The notes: a model not told the origin generated them from the sequence alone. A DNA stretch of 64,000 nt from Lama glama (GCA_028534125.1 CM052824.1:60574001-60638000), one strand, 5' to 3'. Shown: positions 37,661-51,296, counted from the stretch's first letter. Made by a program: numbers and translations.

Positions 37661-39119
37661 GTGCTCAACACTGGCTTCCGAGTCGCATCTGACCCACAGG
37701 GCGCGGCCCCTCCCTGCACAGCTGGACACGTGTGCGGGCTCTTCCCGGCACCGCTGCTGGTGGTCACCAGTGCCCTTCTCAGTGGGCAGGTCTGCGCCAT
37801 CACGCCCTCCCCAGAGCGAGCCCCCGGCCGAGCGGCACTGGTCCCCTGGCCACAGCCCCGCGGGGAAGCCGCCCCAGCGCTGCCTCCTCCCCACCAGCCC
37901 GGCCTTGGAGGGTGGCTCGGGGGCCCGGCTGGCAGGCTGGGGGTGTCAGGACCCTCCCAAATGAGAAGTCAAGAGGCAGGAGGCAGGTGATCAGTTTTCC
38001 AGAAACAGGCTGCCGTGTCTGCAGGGACGACTTCGTGGACTTTACAGCTTCCTCTAAAATGCACCCGTGGCACCTGGGGCGTGGGGGTGTAAGAGCAGGG
38101 GACACGCCGGCGAGGACTGCGGGCAGCCAGACACACAGCCGCACGGTGGAGCTGGGGGAGGGACCTTCAGGTGCCAGCCCCTCTACGTGCAGCCCCACCA
38201 CACCCCAGGCACCCCGCATCCCTGCTCTGCCGGCGCCCCGGGCTGCACCGCATGCCAGGCGGGCTGGGCTCACCCCTCCGCCTCGAAGCCCACCACCCCT
38301 CCATCACGGAGGAATGAGCACTGGGCGGGCACACCCAGCATGCTCAGCCCCTCGCCGGCTCGGTGGCCTCTGGGCCTGAGGGGACCTCCATTAGGCCCCC
38401 AGCCACAAGACGCCGCTGCTGCTTACTGTCCAGAAACCCTACTGGCCCCACATCCTCCGTCCAGCACCCCTTTCCCGCACCCCCCACCACCTCCCTGACA
38501 AGGACCCCAACCCACTTCAGTGCTCACGGCAGGAGCACCTGCCCCCACTCTGAGGGGCTCCCCCGACGCCCCCGCTGCCCCCTCACCTCCCTGATGCCCA
38601 GCCTTGGAGCCTGCACTTGGTCCCTACCTCCCCGAGAGCCCACCTGCCTCCTGGTCCTCGGCACCGACCCCCACGCCTCCCTGGAGACCGCCTCTCCCGT
38701 GCTTCAGATCCACACAACCAGCTGCAAGGCCTGGGCTATAGTGGTGACGGGCCAGCTTCCACTGGGGCCCAGGGTACTTCAGACCCATCATGCCCCAGAC
38801 CAGCTCCTGCAGCTCCGCTGACCACGCACCACGGTCCTCTGGTGCTAAGGCCCAAGTCCCCGGCACCTGCCTTCCCTTCTCTCTTGCCCTGTGGCCCACC
38901 GATGACCCCATGAGTCTTCACAGCACATCCCTGGCCCGACCCCGTCTCACAGGCCGTGCACTCACCCTGCCCCCGAGACCCCTTCTCCACACAGAGGGCA
39001 CGTCAGCTCATGACCCCAGAGTCGCCACCAGGACCTCAGGCCCCACCAGAGCTGGACCCACAGCTCACTGCCCCACCTCTGACCGCTCCCCTGCTCCCTG
39101 CGGTCCTTCAGCCAAGCTG

Positions 39120-39520
39120 GCGTGCTTGTCTCACGGCCTTTGCACGTGCCCTTCGCTCTGCCTGAACTGCTCGCCTCACAAGGCCTTCCCTGGCTGTGTG
39201 CTCCAAAGCCTCACCCCCTGCCCCCACCCCCGGCCGCACTTCCTCCCCGCTCCCTGCTTCACCTGCCCCCGTCTCATGTGTCACGAGCTAGCATGCCATG
39301 CCTCTTGCTTGTTTGTCTTGCGGATAATCTCCCAAACAGCAGGCGCTTTTCTCAGTTTTGTTCACCTGCACAGCCTCAACAGAGTGCTGCATGTAGCCTA
39401 CGGGAAGCCCTCAACAGGTACCCACCGAAGGTATGGGTGAACGTGGAGCACCCAGTCGCTGCAGCGCCCACTCCGTGCCAGGCATGGGGTGAGGCACTGG
39501 AGACAAAGAGGCAGAGATGT
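39120..39520. mobile_element. L2 LINE 3' fragments (one sense, one antisense, tail to tail)
   Basis: ggcctttgcacgtgcccttcgctctgcctg... and ...gaagccctcaacaggta, then gcccactccgtgccaggcatggggtgaggcactggagac, both resembling L2 3' ends. Confidence 0.5.
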
Positions 39521-39544
39521 GCAGGATGCAGGGAAGCCCAGCAT

Positions 39545-39910
39545 CTGGAAAGATGGGCAGAAGGGCAGATGGACGGATGGACAGACAGAGGAGTGTATGC
39601 AGGGACGGATGGAGGGTGGTGGGTGCATGGAGGGGTGAAGGGATGGATGGAGGATGGGTGGGTGGAGAGATGGATGGGTGGGTGGAGGAAGGGTGGATGG
39701 AGGGTGCGGGGGTGGATGGAGGGGTGAAGGGAAGGATGAGTGAGGTTGGCGGATGGTGGGCAGACCGATGGATGGCAGGATGAATTAAGGGAAGGACGGG
39801 CAGACAACGGAGGAGGAGGTGAGTATGCGGATGGGGGAGGGGTGTGCAGGGAGGAGGCGAGCGTATGGACGGGGGAGGGGGTGTGGGTGGGGGTGGCTAT
39901 GGATGGACAG
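39545..39910 (+). repeat. Degenerate (TGGA)n / purine-rich simple repeat
   Basis: Arrays of ggatggatggaggatgggtgggtggagagatggatggg. Confidence 0.85.
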
Positions 39911-40940
39911 AGCAGCAGCTCCTTTGTCTGCAGGAGGCAGGCCTACGTGGAGTAATCTCACTCTTACTTGAAAGGCCAGGGGAGCCTACGTCAAAACCAA
40001 AGCAGGGCCAGCGGGCCCTCCCGGCCGCGCCCCCAGACCCGCCCACCGCTTCACCTTCCTGCTGTTCCCTTAGGGGGTTTCCCACCCGGTTTTTCCTTGG
40101 TGTGACTGAACAACCCACCTACCTCGATACAGTCCACAGCTGGCAGGTGGAGCACCTGGACGGAGCTGGTCCCCCAGCGGGAAGAGGAGGAGCTGAGCCC
40201 TGGTCCCGGGTGATTCTCCACGTCTGCTGGGTCCCGGCTCCCAGACAGGGTGGAGTAGGTGGGCAGTGAGCCATCCAAGGCACCAGGTTTGACAGCAGCG
40301 ACAGACCACTGTGGGGACGTGAAGGACTTCAGGCCAGCGAGAGGAAGGGGGTTCCAGAACCTCCATGATGAGGGACTTGATGTAGCTCTGAGTCAAAGGT
40401 GTGGAGTGGCAGTGGGGGCACCTGGAGCAAGCCGCACCTGCTAGCTTCCTCTGGCTCCACAGGCTCAAGTGACCACAGAGGCTGCCAGCCTGGTTCTGCA
40501 GGGCTTCCGCCTCTGAGTGTCTTCGGAAGAGGATGGGCTGCAGGTGTCCCAGCAGTGGGTCCCCAGAAGGAGCCCATTGTTAGGAACCACTGACTCCCGT
40601 GTCATGGTGCCTGGGCTCTAGGGGGCTCTGTCCTATCCAAAGTGGATGGATAGACAGGGGGCTAGGAGACAAAGCCCCCCCCCAGAGGGTGTGGCAGGTG
40701 AGCTGTGTGAATGTGGGGTAGAGCCCGGGGCAGGGCCCCCAGTGCATGGCCACAGCCAGAGGGCCATGTGCCCTGGAAAACCCCCTCAGACAGCTTTATC
40801 CCAGTGTCACTGGCCACTGGGCCTGCGCTCACTCCGCAGCTCTCTCTTCCCTTCGAGATGAAACCACGGTTCTGTCAAAGTAACAGCAATGAATATGACG
40901 TTTCAATTTAGGCAGGGAACACTGCAAACTGCAGCTCAGT

Positions 40941-41050
40941 GGTAGAGCGTGTGCTTAGCACGCACAAGGTCCTGGGTTCAATCCCCAGAGCCTCCATTTA
41001 AGTAAGTAAATAAATAAAAACCTAATCAACGCTTCCACCCCCACACCCCC
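40941..41050 (+). mobile_element. tRNA-derived SINE (Vic-1-like), 5' end slightly truncated
   Basis: gcagctcagtggtagagcgtgtgcttagcacgcacaaggtcctgggttcaatccccag...taaataaataaaaacctaat. Confidence 0.85.
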
Positions 41051-42474
41051 CAGGGCCGAGGTCTGAGCCAGCACCGTGGCCTGCAGTCCCAGAACCCAGG
41101 GCGCCGAGCTCAGGGCTGCCACCCTACCCGGACACGGGCCTGGGGGGACTCGGGGTCGGGCTGCCCACCACGGGCGCCTCCACAGACCTGGAGCAAAGCT
41201 GGCTTTCCAGTCTCTGCAAACGCCGGACCCGCGAAACCTCCTACTTTCCAAAGTCTGAGAGCGGAGGTTGCGGAAGCCTGGGGAGTGCAGGGGGCAGGGC
41301 CACTGCCGGGGTGCAGTGCACTGTCCTCTGCCTACCCCCAGTCCTCACACTGTCCCTCACACTGTGTCTCACCGGCAAATCCGCAAAAAATCTGAATTCT
41401 AAAAAAAAAAAAAAGGATTAGCAGAGGCCACCGATGCTGGTCCAGCCACCAGGTCCTCCTGCAGGAAGAGCTGGAGGGGGGGTCCCCAGGGGCAGTGTCC
41501 AGCCGGGCGATGAAGAGTCAGAGCAGCAAGGTGGCCGCGGGCCCAGCCCCCGGGACTGCCCCCAGGCCCCCACAGCTCCCATGTCCCTCCAGCCCTGCTT
41601 CTGGGTCCAAGCCAGCACTGGGCTGCCACCCCGTCAGCCCGGACGGCCAGCCCCAGGGAGGTGCGGAGGGCCGGCCCACATCTCTGGTCTGGCCGATCCC
41701 TGGGGCAGTGTGGCCGGGTGCGGTGACTGGTCCAGAGGGCCCCTCACTGTCAAGGGGTGGGCCAGAGCCTGGGGTGGGAGCAGCAGGAGGGCCAAGGCTC
41801 GGGGGCGGCCCTCACAACTCTCCTCTGGAACTCTGAGCACCTGGAGCCCCGCTGGGTTCACGGGTCCTCCCTGCAGGGAAGGGAGTGACCTCGACCTGGT
41901 CACTGCTCCCAGAACTCGGGCAGAGCAGCCACATTGCCACCCTGGGGGCTAGGGGTGGAAAACGCGCCGCAAGTTCTGGGTGCGTGGCCAGCGGCCGGCC
42001 AGCAGGCAGCTCCTCCCGGGCAGGGCAAGGCTCCACCAGGCCGCCTCAGTGAGGTGGCTCAGTGGGCGCTGTGCCTGCCTCTAGCCTGAGACCTGGGGGG
42101 CCCTCTCCTGAGAAGGAGGCGGGCCTCTCGGAGGCTCCCAGGGAATCAGCACCAGTGCACCAGGGGGCCCCCGAATCCCCCTTCTCCACTCCGGGGTGGG
42201 GCAGGCAGACAGGCTGGGGTAGTGGTGCCATGAGGCTGCCACCCATGCACCTCACACCCCAGGAAGATACCCAGTCTCCAGGAGACTCAAGGAGAGGGCT
42301 CCCTTCTCCCCTGGGCCTCAGTGCCCCTGTGGTCCCGCCTCCTGCCCTCTGACTTCTGGGAGTGGGGGACATTGGCTCTGGATGGTCTACACGCTTCATG
42401 GCTATTTACCGAGTGACAACCAGACTCCTGAGCCCCTGGCGACACACCGTTCCTTGACTGGAGTCCGTGTGCAA

Positions 42475-42535
42475 GAGACAGATTCAGAGAGACACAGAGA
42501 GACGGAGAGACACAGAGAGATGGAGAGACTGGAGA
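42475..42535 (+). repeat. (GAGA/GACA)n simple repeat
   Basis: gagagacacagagagacggagagacacagagagatggagagact. Confidence 0.75.
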
Positions 42536-44429
42536 GGCGGGGCACCTGCCCTCCCTGCCCAGCGCACTTCCCAGCAGGGCCCTGGCAAACACAGCCCCTC
42601 AGACCACCCAGCAGGGGCCTGGCGGTCAGGGCAGGACGGAGCCGCCTCCCACAGCCCCGCCTGGCACAGGCAGCTCCTCCCAGCCTCTGCTCCTGCTGGC
42701 CGGAGGGTCACCCGGGATGCTCCCGGGGGAGGCCTCCCTTCTCTGGAGCCTGGGCAGGCCGCCTGGTCTTGGTGCCAGGCGGGTGGTGAGGCCAGCTGTG
42801 CAGAGCAACCCCCGCCACCCTCAGGCAGGGCTTCCTGGAGGGCGCCTGGGTGCCCAGCCCGCCAGCCTGGTTCCTGTGTGGCCTGGCCGGCCCTGCGAGC
42901 TCACTGCCTGCCCAGAGCGGCCTTCTCGCCCTGGGAGCCCTCTGTTCTGGAGGAGCTGGCGGGGCCTCCAGGCCTGTTTCAGCAAGACCACCGCCACACA
43001 CAGGACAGGCAGCTCTCAGAACCGACAGCATACAGCTGCCTGGGGCCTCCCCCTCCCGCCCTGTCCTCTCAGGGCAGGGCCAGCCCATGACCTCTCCGAT
43101 GGAAAACTGGGTGGCTGTGGGCACAGGGGCCCTTGGGAGGCAGGTGGGGAGTGGGGGCTGTGGGCCCACTATTGCCTCAGTCCCTCAGCAAGCCTGGAGG
43201 TGGCCGCTGGGGGAGTGAGCAGGCCAGGCAGTAACCCGCACGGGCCACAGCTGCCCCAGTCCACGATCCTCCTGGCACGAGGCCCCGGGTCTCAAGGCAC
43301 AAGCGGGCGCCCCACTGCCACAGCCAGGAGCGTTTTCTGATGGAGACTATAAATAGGGCTGTCATCGGCAGGCTAGGCAGGCTGACCGGGCCTGCCAGAT
43401 GTGCCTGGCTCAGCCTCAGGCCAGCCCTCCCCACCCCTGCACGGCCCTGGAACAGGACCCTCCTCAAACCTCTGGTAACCCCCCGTGGGGGTCGGAGACC
43501 TATCGGCCACCCCCGCCCAGACCCCCCCGACAACCAACGGTGGGAGCCAGGACCAGGCGCCCCCACTAATGCTGCTCCAGAGCCCTGTGTGGGGCCCCAG
43601 CCCAGGGAGGGGAATAGGGGGCGTGCTGCCCACCCCTGGCCCCCCAGGGGCTTCTCGTTCGGCAGGCAAGTCCTTACCGAACTCTCTCTCGAGGACCCGG
43701 CGAGGAAAGAGGGCAAAAGTTGGGCAGAAATGGAGAGGTGCTTTCGAGTAGATGCCACAGTTGGGTTTAGGGGCACTCCTGGGGCACCACACAGGCTCTG
43801 AGAAACAAAGGAGATTGGCCAGGAGCGGGAAGTGGGGCCTGCTGTGCGCTGAGGGAGAAGAGGGGAGCAGACTCTGCTCAGGCAGTCGGGGTGAGGAGGG
43901 GAAGGGGGAGGGCCCAGAGACAAGACCGGGCTGGGCCTGGATGTGGAAACGGGAGGGGGCAGGTAGTGGTGACAGTGCCGAGGACAGGGTGTGTAGACTA
44001 AGGGGGTTACTGTCTTGATGACAGTGTGGCTTGGGGCACAGAGGAGGCCAGGTCTAGAGGAGAGAGGAAGGGAGGGGGCAGGCCACCGTGGGGCCTTCTG
44101 GGGTCATGTTCAGCAAGGCCCTACCCCACCTCCCAGCCAGGGTCCAGGCTCCTGGGCCACCCTGGGGGCTGAGGGAGGTGGAGCTCAGAGAGGACAGCCA
44201 CTGGCCTGCCCCCACCTCCAGAGAAGGTGCACACACCAACCCCATCAGTGACTAGGGTCAAGTCTGGGCCTGCTGGCCTGGACAGGAGGCACTGAGGATT
44301 GACGAGGCCCAGGGCCTCCAGGGAGCCGGGTGTCAGAGATCCAGAGGCAAGGCCGCTATTCCCACCAGTGGGCACGTGTTTCCCACTGGGGAAGACTGGG
44401 GGTCTTAAAGGCTCGGGTTTTCCTCCGGA

Positions 44430-46300
44430 TCTGGTATAAAGGGGAGGCAGCTCCCCCCCCGCGAAAAAAGGGCACCCCAGCAGGCTGAGCGGGAACCTCG
44501 TAGACAGGGCGGACTCAGATGAGGTCCTTGGAGCGCGCCCCTCCCCGCGCTCGGCCCGGAGCTGCAATTCCCGTCTCCGCCGCCGGGGGTCGCGCCAACA
44601 CCCCCGCCCCCACCCCACTACCCAGGCCGCGCGGCGCTCGAACACGTGCCAACGTCAGCGCCCGCCCCGCCCCCCCGCAAGGGAGACGCTCGGAGCGCGC
44701 GGGGACCCCCTATCCTAGCCCCGAGCGGGGAGGGGGTGCTCCACCCCAAATTGCCCCCGAGGCCCCTCCCCCCAGGGTATCCCTCTCCCCCCATCCCGCT
44801 CCTCCCCCGCACGCTGGGCGGGCGAGGGGAACCATGATCAGGACTGGGCGGGGGGAAGGGGCACTTCCTGCCGCCCGCTCCCCTCTTCTTCCCGAGCGCG
44901 CACCGCCCCGCTTCCCCGAGCGGCTCGCGGGGCGGGGAGTGCCCACGCCCGCTCTGCCCCCACCCAAGCCTGAGCCCGAGCCCGCCCCTCGCAGGGGATG
45001 GGGTCGATCCCGCGGCTGCGGGGGAACCGCGCGGCCCCACCCGCGCTCCCGGCGCAGGCGTGGAGAGGAGGGGCCCGGGTTGGGGCGGGCCGCCCCGTCG
45101 TAACCCCATTATCGACCCCGCCCCACAGCCGGAAGCGCCCCCGGGTTCGCCCCCGTCGGAATTGGGAGGCGGACGGAGCCCAGCGTCCCGCGCCGAGCAG
45201 GAGGAGGGGAAGTGAAACTGGGCGGCGGGGCCCCGGAGGCCGCGGGCTGCGTCGGGGTTTCTGTAGACGCACAATCGGAAACTGAGGCCGCGGGACAGGG
45301 CCGCGGCAGCCACGCTGTCCTTCCGGACCCCGGCCGCCAGCGTTCCCGCCGCCCCGCCCTACTCGGGAAGCCCCTTCGGCCGAGGGGCCTGGGGCGCAGG
45401 AACCTCCCCTCGTCTGCCTTCTCCAGCCTCGCTGGCCCTCGCAAGGCAGCTTCACGGGAGGAAGTGGGGGAAGCTGTCCCGCCCCGACTGGGGGCGGGGC
45501 CTTCCTGGGGAGGGCCCCGCCCCCGCCCCCGCCCCTGCGGCCCGGCCCCCAGGCTCCCGGCACCGCCCACGAGGGGCGCACACCCTCCCAGTGACTCACC
45601 CCGGCGGTGACACACACTCTGCCTGACTCACTGGGCTCCGGGGCCCACACGGACACCCGGTGCTGGGGTGCACCTCGGGTTCGCGCTCTGTACCCCCAGA
45701 GGCGCATTTGCGGGGCATCCGAGACCTGTGTGCCTTGGGAGGGGTCTCCTGGGGTGCTGCTCGGCCTTGGGGGGTGTCCGGCCTCTGACCCGCAGGGCGT
45801 GGGCCCCGTACCCGCGATCCTGGACTCCGAGCCAGGAACACGGAGCCGCGTGGAAGACAGGCGGCAAAAGGGCTTACGTTCACCCCAGAAGGGCCTGCGA
45901 GGGGCCCCCACACCCGGACGGCTCACCGGCCTCCTCGGGCCTGGGGGGCTACGCGTGGGGACTGCGCACCCTCCCCAGCCCGGCTTCCGGCCAGGCCGGA
46001 AGGAGCAGGAATTTGGAATGTTTGGAACCAGTATTAAAATTCTCCGGAGGCTTCCTCGCCCCCGCCCTTCCCCCAGGGATGGGCGGGGCAGAGGGAGGAG
46101 ACTGGCACGCAGCCGCCCGGAGGGGGTACCCCAAGGCAGGGGACAGGCCCTGGCGTCAGGCCGGAGACGCGATCTCGCGGGTGCGGGTGAAACCTGTGCT
46201 GCGGGCAGCCCGGGCGCCCTGCAGCGCTGTCTTCTACTCTTAGCACCCGGCCCATCGCCAGCCCCAAGCACGGGTTTGCAGGAAGGTGGGAGTGAGGCCC
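44430..46300. promoter_or_regulatory. Intergenic CpG island with promoter/enhancer-like motifs
   Basis: Very dense CpG with many CCCCGCCCC GC boxes. Also ETS (CCGGAAG 45129; CACTTCCTG 44862), ETS-IRF GGAAGTGAAACT (45208-45219), two TGACTCA (45592, 45624) and TATAAA (44435). Confidence 0.75.
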
Positions 46301-49300
46301 ATGTCCTGACAGGGGTGCCTGCAGGAAGGCCACCGTGCACCGCTGTGGGGGCCACACTGCGGCCGGCGGAGGAGCTCGAGCCGGCCACTGCCTTCCTGCC
46401 TGGGGAAGCAGTTGTGGGGGAGAAGCAGATGGCCTCAGGGACAGGGGCCAGTGACACCTGCCCGGGAACGGGCTGCAGCCTCTGGGCCCAACACCCCTCT
46501 AGCCCAGACTTTGGCAGGGAGCCTCCTCCGCAAACCACCAGAGCCTTTTCTGGGACTATTTTTTCTTAGAAACAGGAAGTTGGGGTGTGAGCCGCACGTC
46601 TCCCAGATCAAGGCCCCGCCAAGGGCAGGGCAGGGTTGGGGTTCGGATCCATGGGATCGCGCCACCCTGCCAGGTTCCTGCAGCCTCCAGTGCCCGCGGG
46701 AACCCCAGGCGCCAAGCGGAGAGGAGTACACAGATGGAAGGGCGGGGAGAGTAAGAGAATGGACCCTGCGGGCTGCCCAGGCTCTGATGCCCACCCTGTT
46801 CCAGCCCTAGCACTGGGGTCACTTCAATCTCGGAGGGCCCTGAGGTGTGGAATGTCGTCCCTTTCTCCCTCCGCCAGTTCCCATCCCTGCAGCCAGGCGT
46901 GTTCTTGCACCTTGAGCAGACACCTGCCCCAGAAGAGGTGCCTCCGTCCTGGGCCCTGAGGGTCTGGGACTCGCATCCCGTCCCTGGGGACCCAGCCCCT
47001 TCCTCTTCTCCAGCAGAGCCCCTTGGCCCTGCGACCTGCTTGCCTGGTAGGGTTGGGGTGTCTCCGTTCCTGCCCCAGGTCTGATGCCGTCTCATGCTCC
47101 CAGGGGCATCTGACCTGGTGGTCCCACTGCCAGCCACCCTGGGCAGGGGCCCTGTGGGGGGCACCATGGGCACAGCCCTGGACATCTGACCCAGGCCTCC
47201 AGGCCCCTCTGCCTGGCGGGCTTAGCCGTGCATCAGGCCCAGCCAAGGTCACCAGCTGGCCAGCACAGGGAGGCTTGGCGTTGGAGGGTGTCCTTCCAGG
47301 TGGGCTTCCAATGACTGGGGACCCCACAGCAATGGGGTTTGGAGCCCAGGAGGGCCTGTGGGGTGGCCCTGCCTGGAGTCTGTCCAGCCTGGCATCATCT
47401 ACGGATCAAGGAGGGGTGGGGGGCAGGGATCAGGGATGGGGAGGGGACCGTGAGAGGCAGAGGTAGGGGATGTGGGGGGACCTGGGTCTGTCTCTGGGGC
47501 TGCAGGGGCACCGGTAACTGCCTTCCCCTCTCTGCCTGGGCTTTGCTGACTCAGGCATCTCTGGGCGCGGGCTCGGATGGGGGCTCTATAGAAAGGGCAA
47601 CCTTGGGCTCCCTGCACAAGGAGCCCTGTCCCTGGAAGTTCCTGGAACAGGCCTCCGTAGCAGCAGGAGTGACCTGGGCGAGAGCTAGGGCCGAGCTTCC
47701 TGCCTGTGAGGGCTGCCAGGCAGGGCACAGAGCAGGAAGGCCGACCCCAGCCCGGCCGGATGCCTGCCTGGCACAGGATGCACCACAGACCAGCCAGGCC
47801 AGGCTGGCTCCACCTGCCGGTCCACCCCCCCCCGCAGTGGGGCCACCTGCTCTGGGGCTGGGAGCCCCGGCCCCAGCGGCCCCAGCGGCCCCAGCCCCTG
47901 GCACAGGCCTGGGCACAGATGGCCCAGCGTGTGAGGCCTGGTGCAGGGCGCACGTCGTCGGTCGTGGGGGCTGGGGCGGGCAGGCGTCCAGGTCCCAGAA
48001 GCCTGTCCCCACCCCCCCAGGGACACCTATCAGTGGGTGGGGCAGACAGGAGGGTGCAGGCCTACTGCCCCCCAGAGCACAGCGGGTTTCTGTGGGGAGG
48101 GGCCGGGATCCCCTCCAAGTCCCTGGTTTCACATCCTGCCGACAGCCCCACCCTTTCCTGAGGGCACAGACTGTCCTGGGGGATGGACCAGAGGGGCAGG
48201 CCAGCCCTCTTTTCCCAGTGGGATTCCACCTCCCTTCAAGGGGTGGTCACCTAGGTCCCCCAGAGTGCAGCTGGGGCCCCTGGCCAGCCCAGATGGGACC
48301 ACCAGCTGCCTGGAGGCCTGGCACAGCATGGTCGGGAGGACCTGGGGGTCTCGTGGACTGCGCTCGTCCGAGTTAGACCTGCTCCTCGAGCCTCCAGCAT
48401 GCTCTTCTTGGCCAGCAAGGAGTGACCCTGGGGCAGGGCAGGGATGAGGGAGAGGGGCGAGGCGTCAGGGGGCAGCGAGCAGGGCAGGCCAAGGTCCGGG
48501 GCCAGGGGGGCCAGGGAGGGGGCCGCTGGCTACAGCTGGATCTGTGCTGCGGGGGTGGGTGGGGTGGAAGCTGGGGCCACGCTGGGGGCTCTGGGGGGAG
48601 GATGGGCCGTGCCAGCTGTTACTGTTAAGTGGGGAGGCGGCTTCCTCTTTCCACGGAGGGTGCGCCTGGCATCCGCCTCCCCAGATTAGGGCCCCTGCGG
48701 TCAGCCCCCTTGACCACAGGGTGGGGCGCGGGGGCTGAGGGGGCCAGACTGCGGCTCAGGGCCGACAGACAAGAGGAGGGGTGGGGACCCCAAGACAGAG
48801 GCAGGCAGGCACAGCTGGGAGCTGAGGGGGCCAGGGTGGGGCCCAGTCTGCTGGTGACAGAGCAGAAGTGAAAGCTAGGGGTGGGGGTCACGGGGTGGGA
48901 ACAGAAGCTGGGGGCCTATGTAGGATCCCAGGGGTGACCCCTTCCCCCTGCCCTGGGCTCATTTCATCCCCAGGCCTTGGGGGGTTTGGAAACCGGCACC
49001 AATAGGGGAGGGGGCCAAGAACTGCCAGTGTGGGCACCTCATTCCGGCCCAGGGCTCTGGGTAGACAAGGCCAGGCTGTCGGACAGCCCCGTGGGTCCCC
49101 ACAGAGGCCCTGCTGGTGTGGGGGAGGGCAGGCCACCTCCGTCTTCCGTAACCTTTGCCCTCACCTGGCCTGGGGCTGCCGGGAATTCCTGGGGAGAGGT
49201 TTCTCCCAGCCTGACCTCCCTCCAGGGCGCTTCACTATGGCCTTGGGAAGGGGGTTCTGACACCCATCCTGCCTGCCCTGGACCGGGGTGCTGTCGGCTT

Positions 49301-51290
49301 ACAACCAGAAGTGACCTCAGCAGCGCAGGAGGGTGGCTGAGCCCTGAGGTCCCAGCTCCAAGGGCCTGGCAGGTCAAGCACCCACAGTGGCCAGGGGGCA
49401 GCACACGCTGCACAGCATGGCCTCCACCAGGGCCGACCACCACAGGGAAGGCCCTCGGGGGTCTCCCAGCCCCCAGATGGCCCCCACCTCCCTCAGGAGC
49501 ACCTCCCTCCCCACCGTGGGTCCCGGACCCTTCATTTCTCTCGCAGTGGGGACCTCAGATGGCACATGGGCTGTTTCAGTGGTGAGCTAGGGTGGGAGCC
49601 AGGAGGGCCGAGGGGTCTGGGCACCGCTGGCAGGAGATGCTCCGGGGAAGGGGGAGGGAAGGCTGTTGCCAGGCAGGGCCTGGAACTAGCCTTCGGCAGC
49701 TCTGAGCACGGCAGTGGACTGCGCAGCGGAGGGCACCCATGTGGCTGGGACGATGCCCTGGGGGGCGGCCAGTCTGGACAGGTCTCTTAACATCACCCTT
49801 GGTCACACTGCCCATCCTGGTGGGCCCGGCGGAGGTGAGGAAGGTGCAAGTGTCTGGCATTGAGAGTGAGCAGGGCCTCGGTGGCCCTCAGCCCACGTCC
49901 ATGCCAACAGGGGTGCCCCTGGGACCGCCGGCTGGCCGCGGTAGACGGCTGTCCACCCTGGAGACCCCAGGAGACAGTGGTGAGGGGCAGCCCTCGGATG
50001 GACGGTGCCAGGCAGCGGCCAGGCAGAGGGACCGCGCGGCCCAGTAGCACGGACAGTCTGGCCGCCTGTTCTCTCCCGGGGGGGGGGCGGTGCGCACCTC
50101 ACACAGGGTCCAGCCCTACCTGGGGAGAGGGGCCCTACAGGTCAGTGGGAGGCCACTCCTGAGAGAGACGGGAGCCAGGCCTGGGGGACACCTGTGCTGA
50201 GGGGCAGAGGCTGTTGGGACCCTGGCTGTACCTGCCCAGGGGTGTGTTGCACACATCTGGGCCTGGGGCACAGCAGGAAGCAGTGGGGGTCCGGGGCTGC
50301 AGTTTAGGGCCCAGCCTCAAGTTCACACCGCCTGCCTCCCCTCCTCTGCCCCATCCCCCAACCCTAGAAGGGCAGCTAATGGAGGGACCGGGTTCTGGGG
50401 CTTGGGGAGTCCCCATGAAAGACAGGCAGAAGCTGGGGGAGCAGGGCTCTTTCTCCTGGGCCCCACGGTCTCCCCTGCCCCAGCCTGGTGTGGGTAGAAC
50501 CTGGGCTTCTCCGTCCACACCACAGCCCACCCTGCACCCCTCCCTGGGGCTCCTGGGGATCTATGTGCGGTGGTGGGGTTGGGAGACCTTCCAGGCTCAG
50601 GTTTCGAGGGGGCCTTCCAAGGCTGGGGGGAGACAGGGACACAGGGCCCCTCACAGGCCTGGTACACCTGGGCTCCCATCTGCCTCACAGATGATCTGGG
50701 AGGGGTCAGGGCCTGGGTTGGAAGGCCAGAAGTGGGTGGTGGCAGGAAGCCCAGAGAAGGGGCAGTCTGGCACTCCTGGGCCCAGCACAGTGGGGTGTGC
50801 AGTCTAGGGGAGCCCCTCTGTTTCTCCCTCAGGACACCCCCAGCCCCGCCCCAGTTAAGACGGGCGGTTCTGCAGGGAGCTGGCCACCTGTCCCTGGGAG
50901 GAGAGGGCAGGTCTCCAGGCCTCATGGAGAACAGGCGGGAAAGGCCCTTCCAGCCCGTCTCATGCCCCTGATCTGGCCAAGCAGGGCCTCCAGCTAACGG
51001 CCACGGTACAAGGAGTTGCCGGTTTGGCCAGACTGACAGGGATAGAGGACAGCCCAGTGGGGACCTGCCAGCTTGTGCCCATGTCCACTGGGGTCGGTGG
51101 ACACTGAAGGACCCCATGGTCTGACTGGAAGGCGGACAAGGAGTCCAGGAGAGGGGTCCGGGAGGCCAAGCACGCGCTCAGTCCTGTACTGAACACTTTT
51201 CTGGGGGAGGGGCGCCAAAGGACTAATGGGTACACAGAGAAATAGATAAATATGCCAAGCTTTTTCTTTGTTTTCTTTTTAAATCAGGCA

Positions 51291-51296
51291 TTTATA
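51291..51296 (-). terminator. SKI: Probable SKI non-canonical polyA signal TATAAA
   Basis: The minus strand reads ...tatttttatgtaattaatgtatgctttcttgttTATAAAtgcctg. Two UGUA elements lie upstream. I saw no minus-strand AATAAA in the UTR. Confidence 0.6.

Noticed and set aside
40941-40990. tRNA-like sequences here and at 6.27 kb and 11.4 kb as tRNA genes
   Set aside because: They have degenerate acceptor stems and SINE-type AT-rich tails, so they are SINE heads.
44838-46538. 566-aa minus-strand ORF and overlapping 320-aa plus-strand ORF (45607-46569)
   Set aside because: Both lie in the CpG island, where stop codons are rare. They are low-complexity Pro/Gly/Arg/Ala, open in several frames at once, and have no recognisable domain.
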